A stretch of 61,337 nt of DNA from an uncultured Clostridia bacterium (lineage in GTDB: Bacteria > Acidobacteriota > Aminicenantia > UBA2199): NCBI GenBank assembly GCA_964562095.1, contig CAZLSH010000003.1, positions 1 to 61,337 of the forward strand. Direction: 5' to 3'. The notes under the pieces were generated by a model. It worked only from the letters and a program-made list of their open reading frames with translations. It was not told where the DNA came from and did not search any database. The position numbers and the translations under genes are program-made. This document shows positions 20,652 to 30,940 of the stretch, piece by piece; within the stretch, counting starts at the first letter, position 1; every line of letters starts with the position of its first letter.

Positions 20652-20685
20652 AAAATAAAAAAGGGGGCGTCCCGCGGACGCCCCC
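20652..20685 (-). terminator. Rho-independent terminator downstream of gdhA
   Basis: On the minus strand: GGGGGCGTCC-gcg-GGACGCCCCC (10-bp GC stem, 20663-20685) followed by TTTTTTATTTT (20652-20662). It begins 17 nt after the gdhA stop. Confidence 0.75.
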
Positions 20686-20701
20686 TGGTGTTACTTCTCG
20701 A

Positions 20702-21988
20702 TTACACCCAGCCGCGCAGCTTGCAGGCCTGGGCGACGCGGTTGACGGCGATCATATACGCGGCGTCGCGCATGTAGACCTTTTTCTGCTTGGCCAGCCC
20801 GTAGACGGCGTGGAAGGCCGAGGTCATGATGTTGTCCAGCTTGCTCAAGACCTCTTCCTTGGTCCAGAAGTAGTTCATATTGCACTGGACCTGCTCGAAG
20901 TAGCTGCAGGTGACACCGCCGGCGTTGGCCAGGAAGTCGGGGATGACGAAGATGTTGCGTTTCTTGATCACCTCGTCGGCCTCGGGTGTGGTGGGGCCGT
21001 TGGCGCCCTCGGCGATGACCTTCACCTTGTCGGAGATCAGCTTGACGGTTTCGGCGTTGATCTGGTTCTCCAGGGCGGCCGGCACCAGGATGTCGGCATC
21101 CTGCTGGATCCAGGCCTGGGCGTCGGCTATTTCGTAGCCCAGTTCCTTGGCCTTAACCTTGTCGATGCCGCCGAACTTGTCGGTGATGCCCAGCAGCTGC
21201 TCCAGGTCGATGCCGCTCTTCTTGATGAACGTGTAGGACTTGCTCTCCTTCTGGTCCCAGCAGGAGACGCAGACGGCCTTGCCGCCGTACTCCTGGTAAA
21301 GCCGGACGGCGTACTGGGCCACGTTGCCGAAGCCCTGGAAGGCGGCGGTCGTTTTCTTGATGTCGATGCCCAGCTCGCGCAGCGCCTCGCGCAGGGTATA
21401 GATGACGCCGAAGCCCGTGGCCTCGGTGCGGCCCAGCGAGCCGCCCATGCCCACCGGCTTGCCGGTGATGAAGCCGGGGTACTTGGCGCCGGTCAGGCTC
21501 TCGTACTCGTCCATCATCCAGATCATGTGCTGGGCGTTGGTCATGACGTCGGGGGCCGGAACGTCCTGCAGCGGGCCGACGTTGCGCACGACCTGGCGCA
21601 CCCAGCCGCGGCAGATCTGCTCCTGTTCGCGCTGCGACAGGTTGTGCGGGTCGCAGATGACGCCGCCCTTGCCGCCGCCCAGCGGGATGTCGACGACCGC
21701 GCACTTCCAGGTCATCCAGGTGGCCAGGGCCTTGACGGTGTCGATGGTCTCCTGGGGGTGGAAGCGGATGCCGCCCTTGCAGGGGCCGCGGCCGTCGTTG
21801 TGCTGCACGCGGAAGCCCTGGAAGATCTTCACCGTGCCGTCGTCCATCTTGACGGGGATGGCGAAATGGAACTCGCGCAGCGGGTTGCGCAGCAGGTCGC
21901 GGGTGGCCGGATCCAGGTCCAGCTTCTCGGCGACGTTGTCGAACTGGGTTTGGGCCATTTTGAAAGCGTTGAAAGATTTATCAGCCAT
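20702..21988 (-). CDS. gdhA: Glutamate dehydrogenase (Glu/Leu/Phe/Val dehydrogenase family)
   Basis: 428 aa with KGGIRFHP, the PLGGGKGG catalytic-Lys region and the GFGNVA dinucleotide fold. Confidence 0.92.
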   Translation of the reverse strand: MADKSFNAFKMAQTQFDNVAEKLDLDPATRDLLRNPLREFHFAIPVKMDDGTVKIFQGFRVQHNDGRGPCKGGIRFHPQETIDTVKALATWMTWKCAVVDIPLGGGKGGVICDPHNLSQREQEQICRGWVRQVVRNVGPLQDVPAPDVMTNAQHMIWMMDEYESLTGAKYPGFITGKPVGMGGSLGRTEATGFGVIYTLREALRELGIDIKKTTAAFQGFGNVAQYAVRLYQEYGGKAVCVSCWDQKESKSYTFIKKSGIDLEQLLGITDKFGGIDKVKAKELGYEIADAQAWIQQDADILVPAALENQINAETVKLISDKVKVIAEGANGPTTPEADEVIKKRNIFVIPDFLANAGGVTCSYFEQVQCNMNYFWTKEEVLSKLDNIMTSAFHAVYGLAKQKKVYMRDAAYMIAVNRVAQACKLRGWV

Positions 21989-22025
21989 GCGGGTTACCTC
22001 CTTGGGGTATATTTTGGCTGTGGAT

Positions 22026-22055
22026 ATTGTATCATGTTTCCCGGCGATTTGTAAA
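22026..22055 (-). promoter_or_regulatory. Sigma-70-type promoter for gdhA (TTTACA-N18-TACAAT with extended TG)
   Basis: The minus strand reads TTTACAaatcgccgggaaacaTGaTACAAT. About 30 nt downstream come AAGGAGG and the ATG. Confidence 0.45.
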
Positions 22056-22113
22056 TAGTTTATCCTGTAACGATTCGCGGCGGCCCGGCATCGCGCGGCC
22101 CCGGCTCCCGCCC

Positions 22114-24678
<2,565 letters not shown>

Positions 24679-24699
24679 GGCGCCTCCAATCTCCCGTAT

Positions 24700-24728
24700 T
24701 ATATAATAACTCGCTGCCGGCTTGGCAA
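24700..24728 (-). promoter_or_regulatory. Sigma-70-type promoter for clpB (TTGCCA-N17-TATATA)
   Basis: The minus strand reads TTGCCAagccggcagcgagttatTATATA. GGAGG and the ATG follow within about 20 nt. The -35 lies inside the palindrome CGGCTTGGCAAGCCG. Confidence 0.4.
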
Positions 24729-24751
24729 GCCGTCGCCGTTTCCGGCCCCTT

Positions 24752-24780
24752 TTGACAAAGTATTTTTAACATTATATCAT
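24752..24780 (+). promoter_or_regulatory. Sigma-70-type promoter for the chalcone-isomerase-like gene (TTGACA-N17-TATCAT)
   Basis: TTGACA at 24752-24757 and TATCAT at 24775-24780. AAGGAGG lies just upstream of the ATG at 24808. Confidence 0.45.
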
Positions 24781-24807
24781 GGTGACCGGCTTCATAAAGG
24801 AGGAATC

Positions 24808-25368
24808 ATGTCGCGAAACGCTTGGCTGTCCCTGATTTTAATTTGCCTTTTCTCCGTCCCCATCATCGCCGGCACGCTGGCGGGAGTCACCCTTCCCGAT
24901 GCCATGGATCTCGACGGCCAGCAATTGCTGCTCAACGGCATGGCCCTGCGCAAAAAAGTCGTGTTCAAGGTCTATGTGGCCGGTCTCTACCTGGCGGCCC
25001 GGGAAAAGGACGGGGCCAGGGTCCTGGCCGACGACGGAGCGCGCTGCACGGTCATGCATTTCCTGCGCGGCGTCAGCGCCAACCAGGTCAACGAGGCGTG
25101 GTACGAGGGGCTGGAAGCCAATACGCCTGGCCACAGCGATGAATTGAAGAAGCAATTCGACGAGTTGGCCGCCTTGATGGAGCCCTTGAAGAGCGGGGAC
25201 AAGCTTGTCTTCGCCTACAGGCCCGGCGTGGGCACCGAGGTCAAGGTCAAGGGCAAGGTGAAGGGAACGCTGGCCGGCAAGGCTTTCGCTGATGCCCTGT
25301 TCGCCTGCTGGATCGGACCGAAGCCGGGCCCGGGCGAGAAATTCAAGGCCGGACTGCTGGGCCTGTAA
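24808..25368 (+). CDS. Secreted chalcone isomerase-like family protein
   Basis: Only the last 186 codons of the 697-aa track ORF are credible, because the rest is antisense to clpB. It has an RBS plus ATG, the signal peptide MSRNAWLSLILICLFSVPIIAG, and a VFKVYVAGLYL motif typical of bacterial chalcone-isomerase-like proteins. Confidence 0.7.
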   Translation: MSRNAWLSLILICLFSVPIIAGTLAGVTLPDAMDLDGQQLLLNGMALRKKVVFKVYVAGLYLAAREKDGARVLADDGARCTVMHFLRGVSANQVNEAWYEGLEANTPGHSDELKKQFDELAALMEPLKSGDKLVFAYRPGVGTEVKVKGKVKGTLAGKAFADALFACWIGPKPGPGEKFKAGLLGL

Positions 25369-25386
25369 CCCGGGAGCGATCACTTC

Positions 25387-26316
25387 ATGGCCGCAGCGGT
25401 TGAAAGCCAGGGGAAAAGTTCACTCTATGAGGGGAAACCCAGGCCGCCTTCCCATGGTTCAAGAAGGGTTGTGCGCCCGCTGCTGCTTCTGGCCGGCCTG
25501 GTCCTCGCCCATTTTCTGAACCTGTTCATGCAGTGGACGCTGATCAGCGGCGAGTTGTCCCGGAAGCCTTCTTTCCAATCCCCGGAATACTCGTTCCTGG
25601 GCTTTGCGCCGCTGCACCAACAGGAGATCGCGGCGATCGGCCGCCTGCCGAACTCGGCCCCGGCGGGCCGGATCTTCGCTTTTTTCGATCTGCTTCACCC
25701 CGCGGTCTTCATGGTGTGGAACAATGCCGGCGAGGAGGAATTCTTTGACCTGGGACCGGTCCTGGTCGCCCTCCCCGCCGGGGCCAGCCGCATCGCCTTT
25801 CTACCGGGATCCATTTTTTTGCTCAGCCAACGGGAGAAGTCGGTGGCGAGGGATTTTGCCGGATCGATCGGAGGCGGTATCCTGGCCCGCGCCCTGAACC
25901 AAGATGACTCCAGGAACGGAACCCTGCCGGGATCGTTCGTCGTCAAGGCGGCGGAACGATCGCCTTCCTTGCGTATCCCCTACCTGGTCTATTTTTACCT
26001 GCCGCTGCTGCTGATCATCATCGCCGTGGCCACGTCCGGCGCCGGCATGGCCATGGCCTTTTTTTATTATGCCGGGATGTTCCTGCTTTTCGATTTCGAG
26101 AAGCTGTTCGTCACCATTCCCCTGGCCTGGCTGTTCAATGCCCTGGGCATTGAACTCGCCGCTCCCTGGATCAAAGTGCTGGCCGGGGCCATGGCGCTCT
26201 TTTTTCTGGCCGCGGCCGTGTACGGATGGCTGCGCTGGCAGGTCAGGGAAATGACGCCCAGCGGCAAGTGGCTGGCCTGGTTCTTCGCTCTACTGCCGTT
26301 GGCCCTGTTTTTTTGA
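25387..26316 (+). CDS. Hypothetical integral membrane protein
   Basis: 309 aa with several hydrophobic helices (LLLLAGLVLAHFL, YLPLLLIIIAVATSG, ALFFLAAAVYGWL). I recognise no family. The start is uncertain, and the 3' end overlaps the convergent manC by 27 nt. Confidence 0.55.
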   Translation: MAAAVESQGKSSLYEGKPRPPSHGSRRVVRPLLLLAGLVLAHFLNLFMQWTLISGELSRKPSFQSPEYSFLGFAPLHQQEIAAIGRLPNSAPAGRIFAFFDLLHPAVFMVWNNAGEEEFFDLGPVLVALPAGASRIAFLPGSIFLLSQREKSVARDFAGSIGGGILARALNQDDSRNGTLPGSFVVKAAERSPSLRIPYLVYFYLPLLLIIIAVATSGAGMAMAFFYYAGMFLLFDFEKLFVTIPLAWLFNALGIELAAPWIKVLAGAMALFFLAAAVYGWLRWQVREMTPSGKWLAWFFALLPLALFF

Positions 26317-27381
26317 ACGCCCGCCGGGCTCGGTTTTTTCTCTTTTCAGGATGTCGATGACCCGCTTGACCTGCTGCAGCTTGTCGATGGGGGCGACGAG
26401 GATGCCGTTGGCCGTGTCGATGACCGCGACCCGTTCCAGGCCGATCACGGCCAGCGGTTTTTTGCCGCAGGAAAAAATAAGCGAATTATGGGCGTCGATG
26501 GCGATAGCCCGGCCGCGGCTTACGTTGCCCAGGGAGTCCTTTTCGTTCATTTCATAGACCGAAGACCAGGAGCCGACGTCATTCCAGGCGAAATCGGCCT
26601 TGAACATGACCGCTTCCTTCATTTTTTCCATCAGGGCGTAATCGATCGACTCGGGGGTCAAAGCCTTGTAATCCTTGGCGAATCGGCCCTGCTGGCCGTA
26701 TGAGCGCTCGAGTTTCAAGTATTGCTTCCCGTAATAGGGGCAATATTTCATGATGAATTCCTTAAAAAATGACAACCGATAAATGAACATCCCGGAATTC
26801 CAGTAATAATTTCCTTTTTCCAGGTATTCGGTCGCAGTTTTGTGGTCGGGCTTCTCTTTGAAGCAGCGGACCGGATAAAAATCCCCTTTACGCTGGCTTT
26901 CAGTGAAATGGATGTAGCCATAGCCGATATGCGGTTCACTGGGCTTGATGCCGGCGGTGACGATGCAGCGGTTCTCCGCGTGCTCGAGGGCGGCGGTCAG
27001 CTGGGCGGCGAAAGTTTTGTCGTCGGCGATGTAGTGGTCGGCGGGGACCACGAGCAGATGGGCGCCGGGGTCGATGCGCGAAAGGACGATGTTGGCTTGA
27101 ATGAGCGCCGGGGCGGTATTGCGCGGTGCCGGCTCGGCAATGAAATTACGGCGGGAAAAGCCCGGCAGGCAATGGCGTACGGCCGGCAGGTATTTCCGGT
27201 CGGCGATGACGAAGATGTTCTGCGCCGGGATGAATTTGCGCAGGCGGCCGTAGGTCTGCGTGATCAGCGGCCGTTTGCCGACCACCGGCAGAAACTGCTT
27301 GGGCTTTTCGCCCGTGCTCCAGGGCCAGAAGCGCGTCCCCTGCCCGCCGGCCATGATCAGCGCGAAATGGTTCTTTTTCAT
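26290..27381 (-). CDS. manC: Mannose-1-phosphate guanylyltransferase (no C-terminal cupin/isomerase domain)
   Basis: The N-terminus MKKNHFALIMAGGQGTRFWPWS carries the nucleotidyltransferase G-loop. YWNSGMF is also present. The likely start is Met11 of the track ORF. Confidence 0.85.
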   Translation of the reverse strand: MKKNHFALIMAGGQGTRFWPWSTGEKPKQFLPVVGKRPLITQTYGRLRKFIPAQNIFVIADRKYLPAVRHCLPGFSRRNFIAEPAPRNTAPALIQANIVLSRIDPGAHLLVVPADHYIADDKTFAAQLTAALEHAENRCIVTAGIKPSEPHIGYGYIHFTESQRKGDFYPVRCFKEKPDHKTATEYLEKGNYYWNSGMFIYRLSFFKEFIMKYCPYYGKQYLKLERSYGQQGRFAKDYKALTPESIDYALMEKMKEAVMFKADFAWNDVGSWSSVYEMNEKDSLGNVSRGRAIAIDAHNSLIFSCGKKPLAVIGLERVAVIDTANGILVAPIDKLQQVKRVIDILKREKTEPGGRSKKQGQRQ

Positions 27382-27489
27382 GGTGATAAAGTAGCACATC
27401 AGCGCCCGCATGACAAATGGCCGGGCGGTTGTGTTTTCCTGATTTCCATGCTACCGTTGGCGTGAGCGATATCGTTCAGTGAGGAAGGC

Positions 27490-27852
27490 ATGATTAAAAA
27501 AATAGAGAAGCCGGCCATCATCGCCGCGGCGGGGGACAGGAAAAAACTGATCCAGGAATATTTCGGCCTGGTGAATTCCCAGGATGAGAGGGTCAGCATT
27601 GCCGTGATGCACAGCCCGTCGGGCTGGGCCGAACCGGGGCAGATGCCCGAATTTGACGAGTACACCGTTGTTTTGAAGGGCGTGCTGCACGTCATCTCCC
27701 ATCAGGGCATGTTCGACATCCGGGCCGGCGAGGCGATCCTGGTGCCCAAGGGCGAGTGGGTGCGCTACAGCACCCCGGGTCCCGAGGGGGCCGAGTATGT
27801 CGCTGTCTGTCTGCCCGCCTTTTCCACCGCCGCCGTCCACCGCGACGAATAG
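27490..27852 (+). CDS. Cupin domain protein
   Basis: 120 aa with a small beta-barrel pattern (HSPSGWAEPG...DEYTVVLKGVLHV...GEAILVPKGEWVRY). Confidence 0.65.
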   Translation: MIKKIEKPAIIAAAGDRKKLIQEYFGLVNSQDERVSIAVMHSPSGWAEPGQMPEFDEYTVVLKGVLHVISHQGMFDIRAGEAILVPKGEWVRYSTPGPEGAEYVAVCLPAFSTAAVHRDE

Positions 27853-27947
27853 GCGCCGGCGCCCGGTCCTTGTTGACTATTTGCGGATCCCCCTATAAAA
27901 TCAGGCCAAGCGCTGCAACCGGAGCTTCGCCTGCAGTGCCAACGCAC

Positions 27948-28898
27948 ATGGACGAAAAAACCGTAGGCAAAAGCATCTATTTTATCGCCCCCTCGACCCG
28001 ATTGACGGTGCGGGACATGCCGTTGTTGAAGAACACCATCCATCTCATGCGCACCGGCATGGGCAGGGGCCATGTTGTTCTGAGCGCCCATTTGTTCACC
28101 CGCGACGAGAAGATCGCCCATGTCACCGCCTCGGTCACGGAAAGATCCCGGGAGTTCAAGGCGGCCATCCGCGAGCACGACGTCATTGTCTCGATCGCGG
28201 GAGGGACGGGAGCCGAAGACCTGCTGCTCACCCTCGACCGGGCCGATTTTCGCGCGATCAGAAAAAGGCGCCCCCTTTTCATAGGTTTTTCCGATTTTTC
28301 CTTCCTGTTGAACGAGGTGTATTCCCGCTGCCGGGTCCCGGGAATCCTTTTCCCCTGCCTGAGGCTGAACGAGGGCAATGTCGGCGAGATCATTTCCCTG
28401 ATCCAGGGCGACGAGATCGCCTACCGCGGCTCCGCCTGGCTGGCGGACCCGCCGCCAGGGACGGTGAGCGGAATTCCCATCGGCGGCAACCTGACGACCT
28501 TTGTCAATTTCCTCAACCGCCTGAACCCGCCGCGGCTGGGTTGGCGGGACCATGTCCTGTTCATCGAGGACGTCGGCATCGACATCGAGGACCTGCACCG
28601 GCTGCTGGCGGCGTTGCGGCGCCACCGGGTTTTCAGGAGCATCCGCGGCCTGGTGATCGGGTCATTGGCCGGCGACCTGAACACCCCGGCGGGAGGCGAA
28701 TTCCAGGAGCAGGCGCTTCATTTCATCATGGCCTATCTTGCCGGCGTCCTGAAGAAGCGCCGGGAACAGGGCTCCCCCTTGCCGATCATGGTCATGCGCG
28801 AATTCGCTCACGATACCACCCGCGGCCTTCCCGCCGTCCCTGTCGGCGGCCTGGCATCCCTCTCCGCTTCCCTGGATGTCGCCTTTCGCCTCGGCTGA
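27948..28898 (+). CDS. ldcA: LD-carboxypeptidase (peptidase S66 family)
   Basis: Start at MDEKTVGKSIYFIAPS. The upstream track extension overlaps the cupin gene. It has the nucleophile-elbow motif FIGFSDFSFL and a length typical of LdcA. Confidence 0.7.
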   Translation: MDEKTVGKSIYFIAPSTRLTVRDMPLLKNTIHLMRTGMGRGHVVLSAHLFTRDEKIAHVTASVTERSREFKAAIREHDVIVSIAGGTGAEDLLLTLDRADFRAIRKRRPLFIGFSDFSFLLNEVYSRCRVPGILFPCLRLNEGNVGEIISLIQGDEIAYRGSAWLADPPPGTVSGIPIGGNLTTFVNFLNRLNPPRLGWRDHVLFIEDVGIDIEDLHRLLAALRRHRVFRSIRGLVIGSLAGDLNTPAGGEFQEQALHFIMAYLAGVLKKRREQGSPLPIMVMREFAHDTTRGLPAVPVGGLASLSASLDVAFRLG

Positions 28899-28908
28899 GA
28901 AAATACCC

Positions 28909-29676
28909 ATGGCCATGAAGGAGCTTCTGGTCGTCATCCCGCACAGCGGCATCCTGATCCCGGCCGAGATCCCGTTGGCCTGCCTTTCCGGGCATTTCCC
29001 GCAAATGGCGCGCAACGTGGACTGGTACACCGATTGGCTCTATGATTTTCGCGACCTGCTGGACAACCGCCAGATCGTCTTTCCCTACTGCAGCCTGATT
29101 CTGGAGGCCAACCGCCACCCGGATCAACTGGACGACTGCGTCCCCCTGCGCGACGTGCTCGGGCAAGCGGTCTACCAGAGCGGCCGGGAGCCGGGGCGGG
29201 ACCTGCGCCGGGCCCTTGTCGACAAGTACCTGCGGCCCTTCCATGCGGCCATTGCCGGCCATATCGCCGCCGGAGCCGGATTCCTGCTCGACGGCAACTC
29301 CACCGTGACGGCCCGGGGCATGGCCGACAACCAGATCGATATCATGAATTTTCAGCACTCGGCGCTCGATGACGGCCCGGTCCATTTCTCTCCCCGAGAG
29401 TATGCCGAAGCGTATGCCGAAGAGCTGAGGCTGCGCCTTCCCGAAGCAAGAGTCACGGTCAACGCTTCTGAATATTTCCATGTCTACGGCCATGTGGCTG
29501 CCGCCCATTCCGTGAACGCCAGGGTCGGGACGGGCAAGCGAGTCCCGGCGCTGGTCCAGGAGACCAATATGCGCCTCTTCACCCATCCCGACCACACACC
29601 CGACGTGAACGCTCTCAACCGCCTGCGCGAGGCCTTTGCCATTTCCCTTGCCGCCTCCTGGGAGCGTGTCCGTTGA
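28909..29676 (+). CDS. N-formylglutamate amidohydrolase (FGase) family protein
   Basis: The N-terminus LLVVIPHSGILIPAEI, the length and the overall pattern resemble the FGase/HutG-like family. The start could be 28876, 28909 or 28915. Confidence 0.5.
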   Translation: MAMKELLVVIPHSGILIPAEIPLACLSGHFPQMARNVDWYTDWLYDFRDLLDNRQIVFPYCSLILEANRHPDQLDDCVPLRDVLGQAVYQSGREPGRDLRRALVDKYLRPFHAAIAGHIAAGAGFLLDGNSTVTARGMADNQIDIMNFQHSALDDGPVHFSPREYAEAYAEELRLRLPEARVTVNASEYFHVYGHVAAAHSVNARVGTGKRVPALVQETNMRLFTHPDHTPDVNALNRLREAFAISLAASWERVR

Positions 29677-29692
29677 TGCCGTTTGCGGTTTT

Positions 29693-29720
29693 TTGAAAAC
29701 CAGGGTGGTTGTACTATAAT
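29693..29720 (+). promoter_or_regulatory. Sigma-70-type promoter (TTGAAA-N16-TATAAT) placing +1 on the glycosyltransferase ATG
   Basis: TTGAAA at 29693-29698 and TATAAT at 29715-29720. The A of the ATG at 29727 is exactly 7 nt after the -10, and no RBS intervenes. Confidence 0.5.
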
Positions 29721-29726
29721 GGCGCC

Positions 29727-30923
29727 ATGCCCAGGAAGATCGCCGTTGTCGTGCAGCGCTACGGCTTGGAGATCAACGGCGGGGCCGAGTACCATGCCCG
29801 CCTGATCGCCGAGCGGCTGAACCGCCATTTCGCCGTCGAGGTCTTCACCACCACCGCCAGCGACTATGTCACCTGGGCCCACCACTACCCCGAGGGGCGG
29901 GAGGAGCTGAACGGCATCCCGGTACACCGCTATCGCGTGCGCAAACCCCGCGACCCGGAGGCGTTCGGCCGCATCCAGAAACTGGTTTTCGAGGAAGAGC
30001 ATCTTTTGGCCGACGAGATCCGCTGGCTGGAGGAGGAGGGGCCGCTGGTTCCCGGGTTGCTCAACGACCTGGAGAGGCGGGAAGGAGAGTTCGCCCATTT
30101 CCTCTTCTTTTCCTATCGCTATTATCACTCTTTTCACGGGGTCAGGCGCTTTCCCGCCAAGGCCATCCTTGTCCCCACCGCCGAGCACGACCAGGTCATT
30201 TACCTCGACCTGTTCAGGGATTTTTTCAACCTGCCGGCGGCCATCGTCTACAATTCGCCGGAAGAAAAGGATCTGATCAACCGCATGTCGGGCAACCATG
30301 CCGTCGCCGCCGACGTGGTCGGGGTCGGCTCCGAGGTCCCGGATGAATTCGATGCCGCGGGCGCCCGCTCGCGCCTGGGCATCGACGGCCGCTATGTCGT
30401 GTACATCGGCCGCCTGGACGAGAACAAGGGCGTTCCCGAGCTGTTCCGTTTTTTTATGCGGCTGCATGCCGAGGGAAAATCGGATTTGAAGCTGGTTCTG
30501 GTCGGCAAAGCCTATGTGCCGGTCCCCGACCATCCCGGCATTGTCCACGTGGGCTTCCAGGAGGATCGGGAAAAGTACGGCCTGCTGGCCGGGGCCGAAT
30601 TCCTGGTCATGCCCTCGCAGTATGAGTCGCTCTCGATGGTGGCGCTGGAGGCCTGGGCAACGGGCAAGCCGGTGCTGGCCAACGGCCGCACCGAGGTGCT
30701 GCGCGGCCAGTGCCGGCGCAGCAACGCCGGGCTGTGGTACGACGATTACGATGAGTTCCGGGCGGCATTCCTGGCCCTGGGCAACGATGCCGCATTGCGC
30801 CAGCAACTCGGGGCCAACGGCAGGGATTTCTTCCAGAAGAATTATTCCTGGGAGATCATCGAGGCAAAGTACCTGCGCCTTCTGTCGCGCCTGGACGCCG
30901 GGGTTGGCGTGCCGGGCCCCTGA
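29727..30923 (+). CDS. Glycosyltransferase family 4 (GT-B fold)
   Basis: MPRKIAVVVQRYGLEINGGAEYHA at the N-terminus. The C-terminal region PSQYESLSMVALEAWATGKPVLA is the EX7E-type motif of GT4 enzymes. Confidence 0.8.
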   Translation: MPRKIAVVVQRYGLEINGGAEYHARLIAERLNRHFAVEVFTTTASDYVTWAHHYPEGREELNGIPVHRYRVRKPRDPEAFGRIQKLVFEEEHLLADEIRWLEEEGPLVPGLLNDLERREGEFAHFLFFSYRYYHSFHGVRRFPAKAILVPTAEHDQVIYLDLFRDFFNLPAAIVYNSPEEKDLINRMSGNHAVAADVVGVGSEVPDEFDAAGARSRLGIDGRYVVYIGRLDENKGVPELFRFFMRLHAEGKSDLKLVLVGKAYVPVPDHPGIVHVGFQEDREKYGLLAGAEFLVMPSQYESLSMVALEAWATGKPVLANGRTEVLRGQCRRSNAGLWYDDYDEFRAAFLALGNDAALRQQLGANGRDFFQKNYSWEIIEAKYLRLLSRLDAGVGVPGP

Positions 30924-30940
30924 AGCTGGGCACCGGGTGG

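Noticed and set aside
17953-20658. 901-aa plus-strand ORF, plus a 546-aa alternative minus-strand frame at 18746-20386, both overlapping the PPDK_N-NTase gene.
   Set aside because: It is antisense or out of frame relative to a gene with clear conserved motifs. The translation is low-complexity (G/A/V/D/L/R/P-rich) with no recognisable motifs. This is a typical shadow ORF of GC-rich DNA.
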